Source: an uncultured Clostridia bacterium (GTDB lineage Bacteria > Acidobacteriota > Aminicenantia > UBA2199). Taken from it: DNA of 64,000 bases. Made by a program: the position numbers and the translations under genes. Below the pieces are notes generated by a model. That model did not search any database and was not told where the DNA came from. It was given only the letters and a program-made list of their open reading frames with translations. The stretch spans positions 15,434-79,433 of the forward strand of contig CAYWEM010000012.1 in assembly GCA_964457225.1 (NCBI GenBank), written 5' to 3'. Numbering within the stretch: the first letter of the stretch is position 1; each line of letters starts with the position of its first letter. Shown in pieces: positions 1 through 9,097 of the stretch.

Positions 1-2
1 TC

Positions 3-155
3 GGCTTCGCCGGCATCCTGCTCTCGCCCCTGCACCTCTGCCTGGTGCTGAGCAACGAGTACTTTTGCACCTCGCTGCTCAAGGTCTACCGCTACATGGC
101 CCTGCCGGTGGCCCTGCAGGTGCTCGCCGCCACCCTGGCCGCCCTGCTGCTCTAG
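3..155 (+). CDS. C-terminal fragment (50 aa) of a hydrophobic/membrane protein whose start lies outside the window; stop TAG at 153-155
   Basis: Open frame from the window edge translating to ...GFAGILLSPLHLCLVLSNEYFCTSLLKVYRYMALPVALQVLAATLAALLL*. GC3-rich codon usage matches neighbouring genes. Too short in-window to appear in the ORF track. Confidence 0.4.
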   Translation, partial: GFAGILLSPLHLCLVLSNEYFCTSLLKVYRYMALPVALQVLAATLAALLL

Positions 156-292
156 TCCAGGCCGGATACAGTGCCGGGAAAACCTGCATTTGAGGAAAAG
201 GACGGCCGACTGCTCATTGCCTCAAGCCTGACCCAGGATTAGATCAAGTGCCGGCACAGCCGGACCACTGAAGTAACATTCCAGCCCCTGTA

Positions 293-1294
293 TTATCTCT
301 TTTTTGGCAGAATGTCCGGGTTCTCGGCATAAAAAAAACGCACGCCGCTGTCAGGATCGAGGAAGACACTGTCCTCGTAGGAAAACATGAATACCCCTTC
401 CCGGTAATCACCGATCCGGGACTGCAATTCCCGGCCGCATTGCTCGGCCACCAGCATTTCGGCGAAATCCGGTCCGGCGGCCGTGCTCAGCTGGATGCCT
501 CCCGAGAAGCGCGGGTTGATTTCGAAAAAAGTGATTTTTTCCCGGTGGATCTTGCCCTGGATATTGACCGCGCCCTGGAAACTGAATTCGCGGCCGATCC
601 TGATTATCAACTGCTCCAGTTCCTGGTTGCGGAAAGTCATGCCGCGGTCGGACACCCCGGCCCTGATCACCATGCGGTAGCGGGGCACGTAGGAAATCAG
701 TCGGCCGTGACGGTCGAAAAAGGCGTCCACCGTGAATTCCCGGCCCTGGAGATACTCCTGTAAAAGCGGCTGGGGCACGTAGGAAATGAAGAAATCGAGT
801 TCCCGCTGATTCTTTATCATGAAGGAGTTGACACTGCCGCGGCCGTTGCGAGGCTTGATGAAAAGGGGAAACCCGATCCGGTCTGGCAGGTTTTCCGGCA
901 GGAAAGTCTGCGGAAAGGGCAGGTTGCGGGATTTGAAATAATCCCAGGTACGCCACTTGTCGTTGCAGGCGGCGACAGTTTCAGGGCTGGATATGGAAAC
1001 AGTGATGCCTTCGGCGGCAAAGAGCTCCCGGTTATCCGCCCAGAGCTGGAGTTCCTCGTCAATGGTCGGCACTATCAGGGCAACACTCTCGCGCCTGGCT
1101 ATATCCGCCATCATCTCCAGGTAACGCGGGTCGGAAACCAGTGGGACCGGGTAATAAACATGACCGAAAAACAGCGCCGGCGCCTGGTCACTGAAATCCG
1201 CGGTTATCACCCGGCCGCCCAGGGGCAGCAGGGCCCGGTGAAAATTTCGCACCAGTGACACCCGTCTTGAAACAGATGTTATCAGGACGTTCAC
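293..1294 (-). CDS. ATP-grasp domain protein (carboxylate-amine ligase family); GTG start overlapping upstream stop (GTGA)
   Basis: 333 aa. ATP-grasp-like glycine-rich and FIKPRNGRGS motifs. 4-nt start/stop overlap with the upstream PseG-like gene. Confidence 0.7.
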   Translation of the reverse strand: MNVLITSVSRRVSLVRNFHRALLPLGGRVITADFSDQAPALFFGHVYYPVPLVSDPRYLEMMADIARRESVALIVPTIDEELQLWADNRELFAAEGITVSISSPETVAACNDKWRTWDYFKSRNLPFPQTFLPENLPDRIGFPLFIKPRNGRGSVNSFMIKNQRELDFFISYVPQPLLQEYLQGREFTVDAFFDRHGRLISYVPRYRMVIRAGVSDRGMTFRNQELEQLIIRIGREFSFQGAVNIQGKIHREKITFFEINPRFSGGIQLSTAAGPDFAEMLVAEQCGRELQSRIGDYREGVFMFSYEDSVFLDPDSGVRFFYAENPDILPKKR

Positions 1295-2279
1295 GCCTGT
1301 CTCCCGGGCACCAGGCCCATTTCTTCAAACACCTGCAATACCCGCTCAACACCCCGGCCGTCTACCAGGGATTTCCCGGCTGCACTCATGGACGCGCGTT
1401 TTTCAGGGTCAAACCCGGCCAGCAGGGCGGCCAGCACAGTACCGTCCAGGTCAGCCAGCAGTGGCCCGGATATGCCGGCTCCCAGGCCGGAAAAAGCGGC
1501 GGCGGTCTGCTGCTGCAGCTCATGGTGACTCAGGTAGAGAGCGGGCGTGCCGCAAGCCGCGGCTTCGTAAGCCGAAACCCCGGGCGCGATCAGGGCCAGG
1601 TCAGCCTCGTAGTAAGCCCGGGCCAGTGAATCACGGCGGCCGCAGAAACTGATACCCGGATAGACCCGGCGCAGAACCTTGCAATTGGCCCGGGAAACCC
1701 GGAAACCTGGAGCGATTTTCAACAGCAGTTGCCGGCGCTGCAGCAGATCGATGACCCGGCGCAAGGGGCGGTATTCAACCGCCCCCCCCAGGTTCAGGAA
1801 AACCCGTCTCAGGCGGGGGCGCTGTTTTTTACTTATCTTGTTGAAATGACGGAAACGCTGGTGCAGGATCATGTATTCCGGCCCGGTGTGGAGGCCGGGG
1901 CCCGATTCCAGCATTTCAGCAGCATGCAGGCTGCCGTCGATCAGGCAATCCACCCTCTGGCGGACCAAGCCCAGGTCGGTAATCTGAACTGTCGGCAGGC
2001 CGCGCCTGCGGGCTTCGTCAAGCAGGGCCAGGTCGTTTTCCTGGAAATGACGCAGGTCAAAAACAATCCCCCGGCAGGAACGGGCCAGGGCAGGCAGGGC
2101 TTCGCCCTGGCGTAGCTGGGTGAACCTTCTGTCCTGCAGCCAGCGGGCCGCGGCCTTGTCATCCGGGACAACAAAAACGGGTTGGACCCGGCTGCGCAAA
2201 TGCGCAGCCAGGCATGAGCTTCTGACCAGGTGACCGTAACCGGTCCGGGGTGAAGCTTCGACCCGGAAAAGGATCATCA
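1291..2279 (-). CDS. PseG/SpsG-like UDP-sugar hydrolase or glycosyltransferase (GT28 C-terminal-like) family protein
   Basis: N-terminus MILFRVEASPRTGYGHLVRSSCLA matches the PseG family start. The ORF track extends it spuriously upstream. ATGA overlap with the rocD stop places the true start at 2279. Confidence 0.65.
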
Positions 2280-3482
2280 GCCCAGAACTTCGCGCACCTG
2301 GACCATGGCCTGGTCGATTTCCTCCCTGGTTATAATCAGGGGCGGCGCGAAACGGATGATCCACTCGTGGGTCTCCTTGCAGAGCAGGCCCCGTTCCTTG
2401 AGGGCCGTGGTATACTTCCTGGCCTTGCCGGCCGATTCTTTCAACACGACACCGATCAACAGGCCCTTGCCGCGAACCAGCTTGATCTTGTCCGAATTCA
2501 TGTCTTTCAGCGCTTTCATGAAATAGGCGCCCAGTTCAGCTGAACGCAGATCCAGCTTTTCTTCGACCAGCACGTCGATTGAGGCCATGGCCACAGCACA
2601 GGCCAGGGGATTACCGCCGAAAGTGGAGCCGTGGGTGCCGGGCTTGAAAACACCGAGTACATCCTTGTCTGCGGCAATGGCCGAAACCGGGAAAACTCCG
2701 CCGCCCAGGGCCTTGCCCATGATGATGATGTCGGGATTGATGCCTTCGTGCTGGAAACAGAACATTTTGCCGGTCCGGGCGAAACCGGTCTGGATTTCGT
2801 CGACGGCCAACAGGAACTTGTTTTCCCTGGCTATTTCAGCCAGGCCCCGCAGGAACCCATCATCAGGAACAACCACTCCGGCTTCGCCCTGGATCGGTTC
2901 CACCAGGATGCCCACCGTGTTGGGGGTCACCGCCCGGCGCACGGCCTCCAGGTCGTTGTAGGGGACGATTTTAAAGCCCGGGGTAAAGGGGCCGTAATTC
3001 TCCCTGGCTACATCATCGGTGGAAAATGAGACTATGGTCGTGGTACGGCCGTGAAAATTCTCTTCAAAAACTATTATCTCGGCCTGGTCGCGGGCAACGC
3101 CCTTGACCATGTAACCCCATTTCCGCATCGTCTTGATTGCAGTTTCCACCGCCTCAGCACCGGTATTCATCGGCAATACCATTTCCTTGCCGGTGAACTC
3201 GGTCAGCTTGCGGGCGAAAAGCGGCCAGCGATCGTTGTGGAAAGCGCGGGAAGTCAGGGTCAGGATGTCGGCCTGTTCTTTAAGCGCGGCGATAATGCGC
3301 GGATGCAGATGTCCCTGGTTGACCGCCGAGTAGGCTGAGAGCATGTCCAGGTAGCGTTTTCCTTCTGGATCCTCGACCCAGACTCCTTTTGCCTTGCAGA
3401 TAACCACTTCGAGCGGATGATAATTGTGGGCGCCGTACTTGTCTTCCATGGCCATCAGTTCCTGGGAACCGTATTTTTCCAT
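2277..3482 (-). CDS. rocD: Ornithine aminotransferase (class III PLP aminotransferase)
   Basis: 401 aa with very strong similarity to RocD/OAT as I recall it (NYHPLEVVI..., MLSAYSAVNQGH, DEIQTGFARTGK, PLP-lysine MGKALGGG). RBS GAGGTG upstream. Confidence 0.9.
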   Translation of the reverse strand: MEKYGSQELMAMEDKYGAHNYHPLEVVICKAKGVWVEDPEGKRYLDMLSAYSAVNQGHLHPRIIAALKEQADILTLTSRAFHNDRWPLFARKLTEFTGKEMVLPMNTGAEAVETAIKTMRKWGYMVKGVARDQAEIIVFEENFHGRTTTIVSFSTDDVARENYGPFTPGFKIVPYNDLEAVRRAVTPNTVGILVEPIQGEAGVVVPDDGFLRGLAEIARENKFLLAVDEIQTGFARTGKMFCFQHEGINPDIIIMGKALGGGVFPVSAIAADKDVLGVFKPGTHGSTFGGNPLACAVAMASIDVLVEEKLDLRSAELGAYFMKALKDMNSDKIKLVRGKGLLIGVVLKESAGKARKYTTALKERGLLCKETHEWIIRFAPPLIITREEIDQAMVQVREVLG

Positions 3483-3513
3483 TTTTTCACCTCGGTTTTT
3501 TATTTGAAAATCT

Positions 3514-3541
3514 ATTGTATCAGTTTAAACCCGGGCGTCAA
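3514..3541 (-). promoter_or_regulatory. sigma70-type promoter for rocD (TTGACG-16-TACAAT)
   Basis: Minus-strand reading ...TTGACGcccgggtttaaactgaTACAAT... about 30 nt upstream of the GAGGTG RBS and ATG. Confidence 0.5.
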
Positions 3542-3623
3542 GCCGGAATAACCGCGCTGATTCTCCACCTGTTTTCAGGCCAGGGGAAGGGTGAAGCAAA
3601 AGCGAACGAAAACGAAGGCGCAG

Positions 3624-3727
3624 GGAACCGACAAAGCCAGGCTGGACGTGCCCTTCAGGGTAACATGACCACTGTCTGAGCGAAGCTTTGTTGGTCATGT
3701 TAGTACAACCTGGCTTTACGTCGGTCT
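3624..3727. other. Extended imperfect hairpin (about 100 nt) inside a 320-bp non-coding stretch; candidate structured RNA; strand undetermined
   Basis: Inverted repeats: GAACCGACAAAGCCAGG pairs with CCTGGCTTTACGTCGGTC, and TAACATGACCA pairs with TGGTCATGTTA. No credible ORF or RBS. A T-rich tract follows on the minus strand (ccttcgttttcgttcgcttttgc). Confidence 0.3.
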
Positions 3728-3871
3728 GCACCGTAGTGGTGAGCGTTGATTCACACTTTCCCTGGGGCAAACTCAATACCTGTCAGGCTATTCTAAGCAA
3801 ACTCAAAAATCAGGTGGAGGATTCCGGACAGCGCTGTTTTCAAGCACCTGAAAAGGCCTGTGCCCCCGGGC

Positions 3872-3900
3872 TTGAAAATGACTTTTCTTTTGCTTAAGAT
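3872..3900 (+). promoter_or_regulatory. sigma70-type promoter (TTGAAA-17-TAAGAT) for the aminotransferase gene
   Basis: cTTGAAAatgacttttcttttgctTAAGAT lies about 70 nt upstream of the AGGAGG RBS and ATG at 3971. Confidence 0.5.
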
Positions 3901-3970
3901 GAATGCATGAAAAACGGCCGGAAGCGATACCTGGCTCCGGAAGCGTTGGCAAAACACCAGGAGGAATACC

Positions 3971-5209
3971 ATGATCAATTATGACCAGTTTTATTCCCGC
4001 AATTGCCGGGGCATGAAGCGATCTGAAATCCGGGAATTGCTGAAACTGACCCGCAAACCGGGCATCATATCTTTCGCCGGCGGCCTGCCGGCACCGGATC
4101 TGTTCCCGGTTGAAGACATCAAGGCCATGAGTGTCAAAGTGCTTGAAAACGAAGGCCGAATCGCCCTGCAGTACGGCCCCACCGAAGGGGACAACCGCCT
4201 GCGCGAGGAACTGCAGAAGCTGCTGGCGCAGGACGGTATAAAAATTTCGTCCGACAACATCGCCGTCATCACTTCTTCCCAGCAGGGACTCGACCTGGTC
4301 GGCAAGGTGTTTCTCAACCAGGGCGACCTGGTCATGACCGGCCGGCCGACCTACGTGGGAGCCATTCAGGCTTTCAATTCCTACGGGGCGGTGCTCAAAG
4401 GGGTTGAACTGGATGAACAGGGCACCCGCACCGACCTGCTGGAACAGGAAATCGCCAGGCAGATCAATGAGGGCAGAAAGCCCAAGTTCATTTACGAGGT
4501 CCCCGACTTCCAGAATCCTTCCGGTATCACCATGAGTGAAAAGAGGCGGCACCAGCTCCTGGAGATCGCCGAGAAATACGACCTGCTGGTGATCGAGGAT
4601 TCCCCGTATCGTCAACTGCGGTTCGAGGGCCGGCCTGAGCCGCCCCTGATCAGCCTCAACAGTGAAAGAGTCATAGCTCTCTACACCTTCAGTAAAATAC
4701 TGCTGCCCGGTTTTCGCCTGGGCTGGATGGCCGGTCCGGACGAGCTTATACAGAAAGTGGTCGTGGCCAAGCAATCAGCCGACCTCTGTTCTCCTCCCTT
4801 CAACCAGTCGGTGCTCTTTGAATTCCTGCAATCCGGACTGCTCGACAAGCAAATCAAGGTGATCATCGACGCTTACCGCAAAAAGAGAGATTTTATGCTG
4901 GCCAAACTGGAAGAATACATGCCCAGGATTCCCGGCCTGAAATGGACCCGGCCCCAGGGCGGGCTTTTTCTCTGGGTCAGCCTGCCGGAAGAAATGGACG
5001 CCGGAGACATGTTCCACGCGGCCGTGGAAAAGAAAGTGGCCTACGTGGTAGGCTCGGCTTTTTATCCGGACGGCGGAGGCCGGAATTCCTTCCGAATGAA
5101 TTTTTCCTACAGTTCCAGCGAGGAAATTGAAACCGGGGTCAGCAGGCTGGCTGAAGTGATCCGGGACAGTTACGGCAAGAAAAAGGAATCAGCCCCGATC
5201 ACCCCCTGA
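3971..5209 (+). CDS. PLP-dependent aminotransferase, class I/II (2-aminoadipate/aromatic aminotransferase-like, MocR-type catalytic domain)
   Basis: 412 aa. SKILLPGFRLGWMAGP lysine-containing motif typical of the fold-type I AAT family. Strong AGGAGG RBS. Confidence 0.8.
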   Translation: MINYDQFYSRNCRGMKRSEIRELLKLTRKPGIISFAGGLPAPDLFPVEDIKAMSVKVLENEGRIALQYGPTEGDNRLREELQKLLAQDGIKISSDNIAVITSSQQGLDLVGKVFLNQGDLVMTGRPTYVGAIQAFNSYGAVLKGVELDEQGTRTDLLEQEIARQINEGRKPKFIYEVPDFQNPSGITMSEKRRHQLLEIAEKYDLLVIEDSPYRQLRFEGRPEPPLISLNSERVIALYTFSKILLPGFRLGWMAGPDELIQKVVVAKQSADLCSPPFNQSVLFEFLQSGLLDKQIKVIIDAYRKKRDFMLAKLEEYMPRIPGLKWTRPQGGLFLWVSLPEEMDAGDMFHAAVEKKVAYVVGSAFYPDGGGRNSFRMNFSYSSSEEIETGVSRLAEVIRDSYGKKKESAPITP

Positions 5210-5215
5210 AGAAGA

Positions 5216-5806
5216 TCATCCGAGCTTGTTTTTCATATCGCTCATAATCAGCTTGGAAATCAGTTTAAGAGTGTCGATGACGCCCTCGCCCTTGGTGGCC
5301 ACCGCTTCGACCACGGCCTCTTCTTTCTTGCGTAGGGCCCGGATCATTTCGCTGGTCGGGGTGACATTGGGTAAATCACGCTTGTTCAGCTGCAGGATGT
5401 AAGGGATTGCGGTAAAATCTATCTTGTAATCGGCCATGTTCTCCAGCATATCGTTGATGCTTTCGATGTTGGCGTCAAAACGTTCACGTTGTGAATCAGC
5501 CACGAAAACTATGCCGTCCACGCCTTTCAGAATCAGGCGTCTTGAAGCGCTGTAATAGATCTGGCCCGGTACCGTGTACAAGTGAAACCTTACCTTGTAG
5601 CCGCGGATCACCCCGAAATCAAGCGGGAAAAAATCAAAAAAAAGCGTGCGTTCGGATTCAGTGGCCAGGCTGACCAGCTTGCCCTTGTTGTCGTTTTTTA
5701 TCTTGTTGTATATATAGGTGATATTCGTGGTTTTTCCGCTTAAACCCGGACCGTAGTAGACCAGTTTGAAATTGATCTCTTTTGTTGAATAGTTTAGAAA
5801 TGACAA
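5216..5806 (-). CDS. mglA: MglA, Ras-like small GTPase (mutual gliding-motility/polarity GTPase)
   Basis: 196 aa. Near-identical signature to Myxococcus MglA as I recall it: MSFLNYSTKEINFKLVYYGPGLSGKTTN, RTLFFDFFPL..IRGYKVRFHLYTVPGQ (arginine finger and catalytic Gln), LNKRDLPN. TTG start 2 nt after the mglB stop. GGAGA RBS lies inside the mglB 3' end. Confidence 0.9.
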   Translation of the reverse strand: MSFLNYSTKEINFKLVYYGPGLSGKTTNITYIYNKIKNDNKGKLVSLATESERTLFFDFFPLDFGVIRGYKVRFHLYTVPGQIYYSASRRLILKGVDGIVFVADSQRERFDANIESINDMLENMADYKIDFTAIPYILQLNKRDLPNVTPTSEMIRALRKKEEAVVEAVATKGEGVIDTLKLISKLIMSDMKNKLG

Positions 5807-5808
5807 CT

Positions 5809-6297
5809 TCAGTCTCCAAATATGCGATCAATGTCTTCGTCGGTGACTCCGTCAAAAGGCGACATGCCGGAATCCTGCTCTGAACTGTGAATTTTTTCTA
5901 CTATTTTTCTGAAAATCATCTCGAGTTCTTCCCGGGCCTCGCGAACCCGGAAGCGCACCAGGCCCAGGTTGGATCCCTGGTCAAAAACCACCACCAGAAT
6001 GGTCTGGGCGTTTATAAAGGAAATGTACAGATTCTCCTGGCCGGATTCATTCAATATGGAATGAAAATTGTCGATCTTCAACATCTGGGCAATGCTGTTG
6101 ATGGCCGCCACGCTGCCGGCGATCAGTGATGATATGGAATTGAGATTGACATCGTCAATATCCCCCATTGAGGCGATGCAATGCCCTTCACTGTCAGCCA
6201 CAAAAACCACCTTGGCCTTGGCTCCCTGCTTGAGGCGGTAAATGGCGTCCTTGATCAGCAGATACTCTTCATTGTAGATTACGTAATTGGCTTGCAT
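5809..6297 (-). CDS. mglB: MglB, Roadblock/LC7-domain GAP partner of MglA
   Basis: 162 aa. Roadblock/LC7 fold signature (KVVFVADSEGHCIASMG...LIAGSVAAINSIAQ...LVVVFDQGSNLGLVRFRV) collinear with Myxococcus MglB. Immediately upstream of mglA. Confidence 0.85.
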   Translation of the reverse strand: MQANYVIYNEEYLLIKDAIYRLKQGAKAKVVFVADSEGHCIASMGDIDDVNLNSISSLIAGSVAAINSIAQMLKIDNFHSILNESGQENLYISFINAQTILVVVFDQGSNLGLVRFRVREAREELEMIFRKIVEKIHSSEQDSGMSPFDGVTDEDIDRIFGD

Positions 6298-6327
6298 TTT
6301 ATACCGTCTGCAAAAATCCGCTTGTAT

Positions 6328-6957
6328 TCATCGATTGATTACCTCCCCGGCCGACACCTGGATACGCCCTTCCAGGGATTTGGCTATGGTAACCTGGTCA
6401 GCGTAATCGATATCAGCGCCGACCGGCAATCCCAGGGCGATACGGGTCACCCTGACCGGGAAAGCGGCCAGCAGATCAACCAGAAAATGGGCCGTGGCAT
6501 TGCCTTCGGTGGTCGGGCTGGTGGCCAGTATCACTTCTCCAACCGGATTGGCGCGCACCCTTTCAATCAGGCCGGCAATGCGCAGTTCATCCGGCCCGAT
6601 ACCCCGCAACGGCGACAGATTGCCCAGCAATACGTGGTAATAACCTCGAAAACGTCCTGTCTTTTCAATGGAATATATGTTGAAAGGCTCTTCAACCACA
6701 CAGAGGCTGTTTTGTTCCCGGCTTTCATCCCGGCAGATCTCGCAGGGCTGATCCGTGGTCAGGTTGTTGCATCGCCGGCAGTAGACCACGGTTGCCAGTG
6801 CATCTTCTATGGCCGCGGCCAACTGCAGGGATTTTTTTTTGTCTCCCTTGAGTAGAAAAAAGGCTATTCTCTGGGCTGACTTGGCTCCAATACCGGGCAG
6901 TCTCTGCAGTTCATCCATCAACCTGAAGATTGCCGAGCCTCCATGTCCCAAGGTCAT
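6328..6957 (-). CDS. recR: Recombination protein RecR
   Basis: 209 aa. HhH motif LPGIGAKSAQR, C4 zinc finger CRRCNNLTTDQPCEIC, Toprim domain. Confidence 0.9.
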   Translation of the reverse strand: MTLGHGGSAIFRLMDELQRLPGIGAKSAQRIAFFLLKGDKKKSLQLAAAIEDALATVVYCRRCNNLTTDQPCEICRDESREQNSLCVVEEPFNIYSIEKTGRFRGYYHVLLGNLSPLRGIGPDELRIAGLIERVRANPVGEVILATSPTTEGNATAHFLVDLLAAFPVRVTRIALGLPVGADIDYADQVTIAKSLEGRIQVSAGEVINR

Positions 6958-6987
6958 TTATCCTTTATCCCCACCGGTCATAGGTTT

Positions 6988-7308
6988 TCAGCGTCCGGGA
7001 AATGGAAAACCGCCGGGCAATCCCCCGGCCATGCCGCCCATGGCTCCTTTCAATTGTTCATCGACCTTGGCCATGGCGTCGTTGAGCGCCGCCTGAACCA
7101 GATCCTGCAGCATTTCCACTTCTTCGGGATCAACCACTTCAGGTGCAATTTTCAGATCAACGACCTGTTTGTGCCCGTTGATCCTGACCATTACCATGCC
7201 ACCCCCGGCATTGCCTTCAACCTGGACCTGGCTCATCTGTTCTTCCATTTTTTTGGCCATATCCTGGGCCATGTTCATCAAATTGTTCAAGTTTGGTATT
7301 TTAGCCAT
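6988..7308 (-). CDS. ybaB: Nucleoid-associated protein YbaB/EbfC
   Basis: About 106 aa from the internal ATG ([23 protein letters not shown]...), 1 nt after the dnaX stop. The ORF-track N-terminal extension overlaps dnaX and is rejected. Confidence 0.85.
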   Translation of the reverse strand: MAKIPNLNNLMNMAQDMAKKMEEQMSQVQVEGNAGGGMVMVRINGHKQVVDLKIAPEVVDPEEVEMLQDLVQAALNDAMAKVDEQLKGAMGGMAGGLPGGFPFPGR

Positions 7309-7309
7309 G

Positions 7310-8854
7310 CTACCCTTCCTCAATAGATTCAATCGTAACAAGTTTTCCCTTTATTTTTTCGGTCAGGCTGTTGATTTTTTCATCCTGCCTCAGTGCTTCA
7401 ATCTTTTTTTTCTCTTCCCGGGGCCCCTTGTCTTCCCTGAAGACAAAACTGATTCTGCGTTTTCCTCCGCCGGCCGATTCAAGCTTGGCCTGCAGAAAAG
7501 CTTCGTTCTCCCTGATCGTGGAGCGGCCGGGAGCCCCGGCGGTCACGCTCACTTCCAGCAGGTCTTCCTTCAGCACCAGTTCGGCCGCAGAAAGCAGGGA
7601 TGCCAGCCGCGGCTTTTCAGCTTCAAGCAAACGCAGCCACTCTGATCGCAGGCCTTCCGGGGACGGCTCCACCAGCCGAGGTTTTTCGACTCTTTCCGGG
7701 TCAACCGCAACTCTTTCCGCAGGTTTCTGACCCGGCAGCTTTTTCAGCACTTCTTCAATGGAAACGATCTGGGGAAAATAAGACATCTTCAAAAACAGCA
7801 GTTCCAGGGTGATCCGGGGATTTTCACTGAAACGGACGGCCTGCTCACACTCTTTGACGGCATTGAGATAACGCAGCAATTCACTTTCAGCCAGGTTTTT
7901 CACGGTTTCCCTGGCCTGTGGTACTATTTCAGGATTGAGACTGCACAGCTGGCCACCGTCCTGAACCGTGCGCAGAATCAACAAGTCACGCAGGAATTTC
8001 ATGAACTCGCCGAAAAAGAAACGCAGGTCTATGCCCTTGTCGATCAGGCGCTCTATTTCCATTACCAGGGCGCGGCGATCCGGCAGAATTATGTTCTTCA
8101 CCAGGCGCAGCATTATCTCCTCATCCACCACACCCAGGATCTCGATCACGTCATCATCACTGACCTGGCCCTTGGAAATGGCGATAGCCTGGTCAAGTAT
8201 TTTCTTGGCATCACGAAGGCTGCCTTCAGCCGCCCTTGAAATCAGGAAAACCGCGTAATCGGATATGACCACTCCTTCACGGGAACAGATATCGAGCAGT
8301 ACCTGCTGCATGATTTCAACGGGAATTCGCTTGAATTCAAAGTGCTGGCAGCGGGAAACAATAGTGGCCGGGATCTTGTGAAAATCGGTGGTGGCCATGA
8401 CAAAAACCGTGTGTTCGGGGGGTTCTTCAACCGTTTTCAACAGGGCGTTCCAGGCCGCGTTAGAGAGCATGTGCACTTCATCGATGACCACCATGCGAAT
8501 TCGGTTTTTTATGGGCTTGTAGCGAACTGTTTCCCTCAGACTGCGTACCTCGTTGACTCCGTTGTTCGATGCGCCGTCTATTTCAAGGTAATCACTGGAA
8601 CGATCTTCGGTTATTTCCCGGCAAAAAGAGCATTCGTTGCAGGGTTCTTCGGCGGGTCCCTTCTCACAGTTAAGCGCCTTGGCCAGAATGCGGGCCGCTG
8701 AAGTCTTGCCCACGCCCTTCATCCCCGAAAAGATCAGCGCCGGGTAAACCTTGTCCAGCCTGATGGCGTTCTGCAGAGTCTGGGTGACGTGGGGTTGACC
8801 GATGAGATCTGTGAATCTCTGGGGCCGATACTTCCTTGCCAGTGCTAAGTACAT
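7310..8854 (-). CDS. dnaX: DNA polymerase III subunits gamma/tau
   Basis: 514 aa. AAA+ clamp-loader motifs (GVGKTS Walker A, zinc module CNECSFC, SRC motif IVSRCQ). Confidence 0.92.
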   Translation of the reverse strand: MYLALARKYRPQRFTDLIGQPHVTQTLQNAIRLDKVYPALIFSGMKGVGKTSAARILAKALNCEKGPAEEPCNECSFCREITEDRSSDYLEIDGASNNGVNEVRSLRETVRYKPIKNRIRMVVIDEVHMLSNAAWNALLKTVEEPPEHTVFVMATTDFHKIPATIVSRCQHFEFKRIPVEIMQQVLLDICSREGVVISDYAVFLISRAAEGSLRDAKKILDQAIAISKGQVSDDDVIEILGVVDEEIMLRLVKNIILPDRRALVMEIERLIDKGIDLRFFFGEFMKFLRDLLILRTVQDGGQLCSLNPEIVPQARETVKNLAESELLRYLNAVKECEQAVRFSENPRITLELLFLKMSYFPQIVSIEEVLKKLPGQKPAERVAVDPERVEKPRLVEPSPEGLRSEWLRLLEAEKPRLASLLSAAELVLKEDLLEVSVTAGAPGRSTIRENEAFLQAKLESAGGGKRRISFVFREDKGPREEKKKIEALRQDEKINSLTEKIKGKLVTIESIEEG

Positions 8855-8872
8855 TTACAACTCATTATATTT

Positions 8873-8973
8873 AAGGCCCGGGAATAACCGAACGCATGCG
8901 AAGGTCTGCTTATTGCTGCTACCTTTCGGTCCTGACAAGGTTCGCAGGTCCGCATCGCCGGGTTCCCGGGCTT
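8873..8973 (-). ncRNA. ffs: Signal recognition particle RNA, small (4.5S) type
   Basis: Minus strand reads GCCCGGGAACCCGGCGAUGCGGACCUGCGAACCUUGUCAGGACCGAAAGGUAGCAGCAAUAAGCAGACCUUCGCAUGCGUUCGGUUAUUCCCGGGCC. Domain IV motif GUCAGGaCCGaAAGGuAGCAGC...GCAGA and a closing helix of 5' and 3' ends. Sits in the classic position just upstream of dnaX. A consensus promoter (TTGATT-17-TATAAT) at about 9023-9052 implies a roughly 40-nt processed leader. Confidence 0.8.
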
Positions 8974-9097
8974 TTTTCGCCTGCCTGAGTATCCCGTAAA
9001 GGCTGCTCATGTGCCGCCCGCAAAGCATTATACAGGCGTGGAACGCTAAAATCAAGGCCGATGTCTGCCGGACACGGGGCTTGAATAGCCCGTTTTA

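Noticed and set aside
408-956. 182-aa ORF, plus 107-aa and 65-aa plus-strand ORFs, inside the ATP-grasp gene
   Set aside because: They are antisense or alternate-frame artefacts of a GC-rich gene. They are Arg/Pro/Gly-rich with no signals, and the ATP-grasp frame has clear family motifs.
3525-3776. 83-aa minus-strand ORF in the rocD/aminotransferase intergenic region
   Set aside because: It has no RBS or promoter and overlaps the hairpin-forming sequence. Its composition is unlike neighbouring genes.
3500-3960. Tested this long intergenic region as RNase P RNA or tmRNA. Loose resemblances noted: GGAGGATTCCGGACAGC, CCCGGGCTTGA, gcgctgattctcc.
   Set aside because: It lacks the GGAAAGUCCGGGCUC / ACAGAAcCCGGCUUA pair. 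The genuine rnpB was then found at 13806-14175. It has no tRNA-like T-arm, tag-peptide reading frame or GGGGCUGAUUCUGGAUUCGACGGG start, so it is not tmRNA.
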